A stretch of DNA of 48,938 nt. Source: Candidatus Omnitrophus sp. Lineage in GTDB: Bacteria > Omnitrophota > Gorgyraeia > Zapsychrales > Fredricksoniimonadaceae. Numbering within the stretch: the first letter of the stretch is position 1; each line of letters starts with the position of its first letter. Below the pieces are notes generated by a model. It worked only from the letters and a program-made list of their open reading frames with translations, was not told the DNA's origin and ran no database searches. This document shows positions 47,736 to 48,938 of the stretch, piece by piece. The stretch spans positions 1 through 48,938 of the forward strand of contig DYQZ01000002.1 in the NCBI GenBank assembly GCA_020719005.1, given 5' to 3'. The translations under genes were made by a program, and so were the position numbers.

Positions 47736-48386
47736 TTAAGCTTCAGCTTTCTTAAGATCCTTAATCGTATCACCCTTATAAATCCAAACCTTGATACCAA
47801 TACAACCGAACGTCGTATGTGCTTCATGAAATCCGTAATCAATATCCGCGCGGAATGTCTGCAGCGGGATCTTGCCAATATGATACTTTTCACGACGAGC
47901 GATCTCACCACCATCCAAACGACCGGAAACAATGACTTTGATGCCCTTGGCACCAGCCTGAATGGTCTGCTCAACCGCACGCTTCATCGCACGACGAAAA
48001 CCAACACGCTTCTCCAACTGGAACGCAACACTTTGAGCAACAAGATTGGCATCAACGGCCGGGTTCTTTATCTCTTTGATATCAACCGCGATCTCTTTGG
48101 TCGTTATCTTTCCAATGTCAGCTCTCAACCGATCAATATCAGCACCACGGCGTCCAATAATGACACCCGGACGGGCGGACGCGATACGGATCTTGATCTG
48201 ATTAGCAACGCGTTCGATCTCAACACCAGAAACAGCACCCTGCACGAATTTCTTTCTGATGTACTGACGGATCTTGTAATCTTCTTCAACATTCTTCGCG
48301 AAGTCTTTTGGGTCCGAAAACCACATGCTGCGCCAGGTCTTGTTGATACCAATACGTAAAATGAATGGAGAAACTTTTTGGCCCAC
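47736..48386 (-). CDS. rpsC: 30S ribosomal protein S3
   Basis: [13 protein letters not shown] start and a KH domain. Confidence 0.97.
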   Translation of the reverse strand: MGQKVSPFILRIGINKTWRSMWFSDPKDFAKNVEEDYKIRQYIRKKFVQGAVSGVEIERVANQIKIRIASARPGVIIGRRGADIDRLRADIGKITTKEIAVDIKEIKNPAVDANLVAQSVAFQLEKRVGFRRAMKRAVEQTIQAGAKGIKVIVSGRLDGGEIARREKYHIGKIPLQTFRADIDYGFHEAHTTFGCIGIKVWIYKGDTIKDLKKAEA

Positions 48387-48399
48387 GTTTAAATACCTC

Positions 48400-48735
48400 T
48401 TATTTAACCTTTACATCTAACTCGACCGTAATATGGGTCGTCTTCTTCAGGACCTCGCTCGCGCGTCCAAATGATGCCGCGCGGAAACGCTTCCACACAG
48501 AACCTTGGTCAGCAACGACCTTTGAAACCACCAACTGATCCTCCGTCAACCCCTTTTGCTTTGCATTAGCAACAGCGGAATCGAAAACTTTTACGACCTT
48601 TTCTTTGGTCGGCTTGTTCAAATATGTCAGGATCGTTTTTGCAGCAGGAACGCTCTTCCCGCGAATAAGATCCAGGATCATTCTGACCTTGCTCGGAGAT
48701 ACTCTTAAAAAATTACCTTTGGCTTTCGCAATCAT
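48400..48735 (-). CDS. rplV: 50S ribosomal protein L22
   Basis: LRVSPSKVRMILDLIRGK motif. 111 aa. Confidence 0.95.
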   Translation of the reverse strand: MIAKAKGNFLRVSPSKVRMILDLIRGKSVPAAKTILTYLNKPTKEKVVKVFDSAVANAKQKGLTEDQLVVSKVVADQGSVWKRFRAASFGRASEVLKKTTHITVELDVKVK

Positions 48736-48747
48736 TATCTCTACCCT

Positions 48748-48938
48748 TTATTTCTTGGCTACTGCCTTCTTGGCTTTCACACCACCGTGACTCTTAAACG
48801 TTCTCGTCGGGGAAAACTCGCCCAATTTAAAACCAACCATATTTTCGTTCACAAAGACCGGAAGATGCTTCTGCCCGTTGTGCACGAGGAATGAATATCC
48901 AACAAACTCAGGAATGATCGTTGAACGACGTGACCATG
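48748..48938 (-). CDS. rpsS: 30S ribosomal protein S19, C-terminal part (gene starts beyond window end)
   Basis: Hand translation: ...[46 protein letters not shown]...KK, then a stop at 48748-48750. Confidence 0.93.
   Translation of the reverse strand, partial: WSRRSTIIPEFVGYSFLVHNGQKHLPVFVNENMVGFKLGEFSPTRTFKSHGGVKAKKAVAKK

Noticed and set aside
46264-48359. Two 216-aa plus-strand ORFs opposite rplX/rplN and rpsC
   Set aside because: They are antisense to universally conserved ribosomal protein genes, and their translations are featureless.

Overview
This 48.9-kb window is a compact, almost single-strand bacterial core-genome segment. About 78 of 80 genes are on the minus strand, and many have 1-4 nt stop/start overlaps. 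Reading the minus strand from high to low coordinates, the content is:
- The S10/spc/alpha ribosomal-protein superoperon, from partial rpsS to rplQ, including secY, adk, map, infA, rpmJ and rpoA.
- Aminotransferase, pilT, an isocitrate dehydrogenase-type enzyme, and lipB with a stand-alone lipoyl domain.
- A glycolipid/envelope block (GT28, acyltransferase, GT2, TonB-like).
- DUF1844, a Trm112-like mini-ORF, aroQ, pepP, efp, accB, accC, Asp23/AmaP, pfk, gmhA, hldC, a ThiD2-like ORF plus thiE, and tRNA-Gly(CCC).
- A LysM/M23 peptidase, then a tightly coupled chain: AAA ATPase with a nuclease-like C-terminus, metallophosphoesterase, HIT, dGTPase, GAF/HD-GYP.
- SPOR, small basic protein, SH3b, S2P protease and aroB.
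- The only plus-strand pair (ExeA/GspA-like ATPase and a GspB-like protein).
- Two PilZ genes, rluA-like, MazG-like, uvrB, a retropepsin-like lipoprotein, CheX-like, a PP-loop ATPase, UPF0489, coaX and groES-groEL.

The small basic protein and the extended ribosomal-protein tails suggest a PVC/Omnitrophota-like lineage. That is a guess only.

I see no CRISPR array, transposase, integrase or clear-cut defence island. The least explained signals are:
- A 488-bp GC-rich non-coding spacer (9269-9756) bounded by two identical extended -10 boxes, each placed 6 nt before its ATG.
- A 146-bp GC-rich element with 21-bp perfect terminal inverted repeats (2864-3009).
- The ATPase-to-dGTPase chain of nucleotide-acting genes.
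- A probably catalytically degenerate HD-GYP protein.
- An orphan lipoyl-carrier domain coupled to lipB.

All product calls come from motif and sequence recognition by eye. No searches were run.
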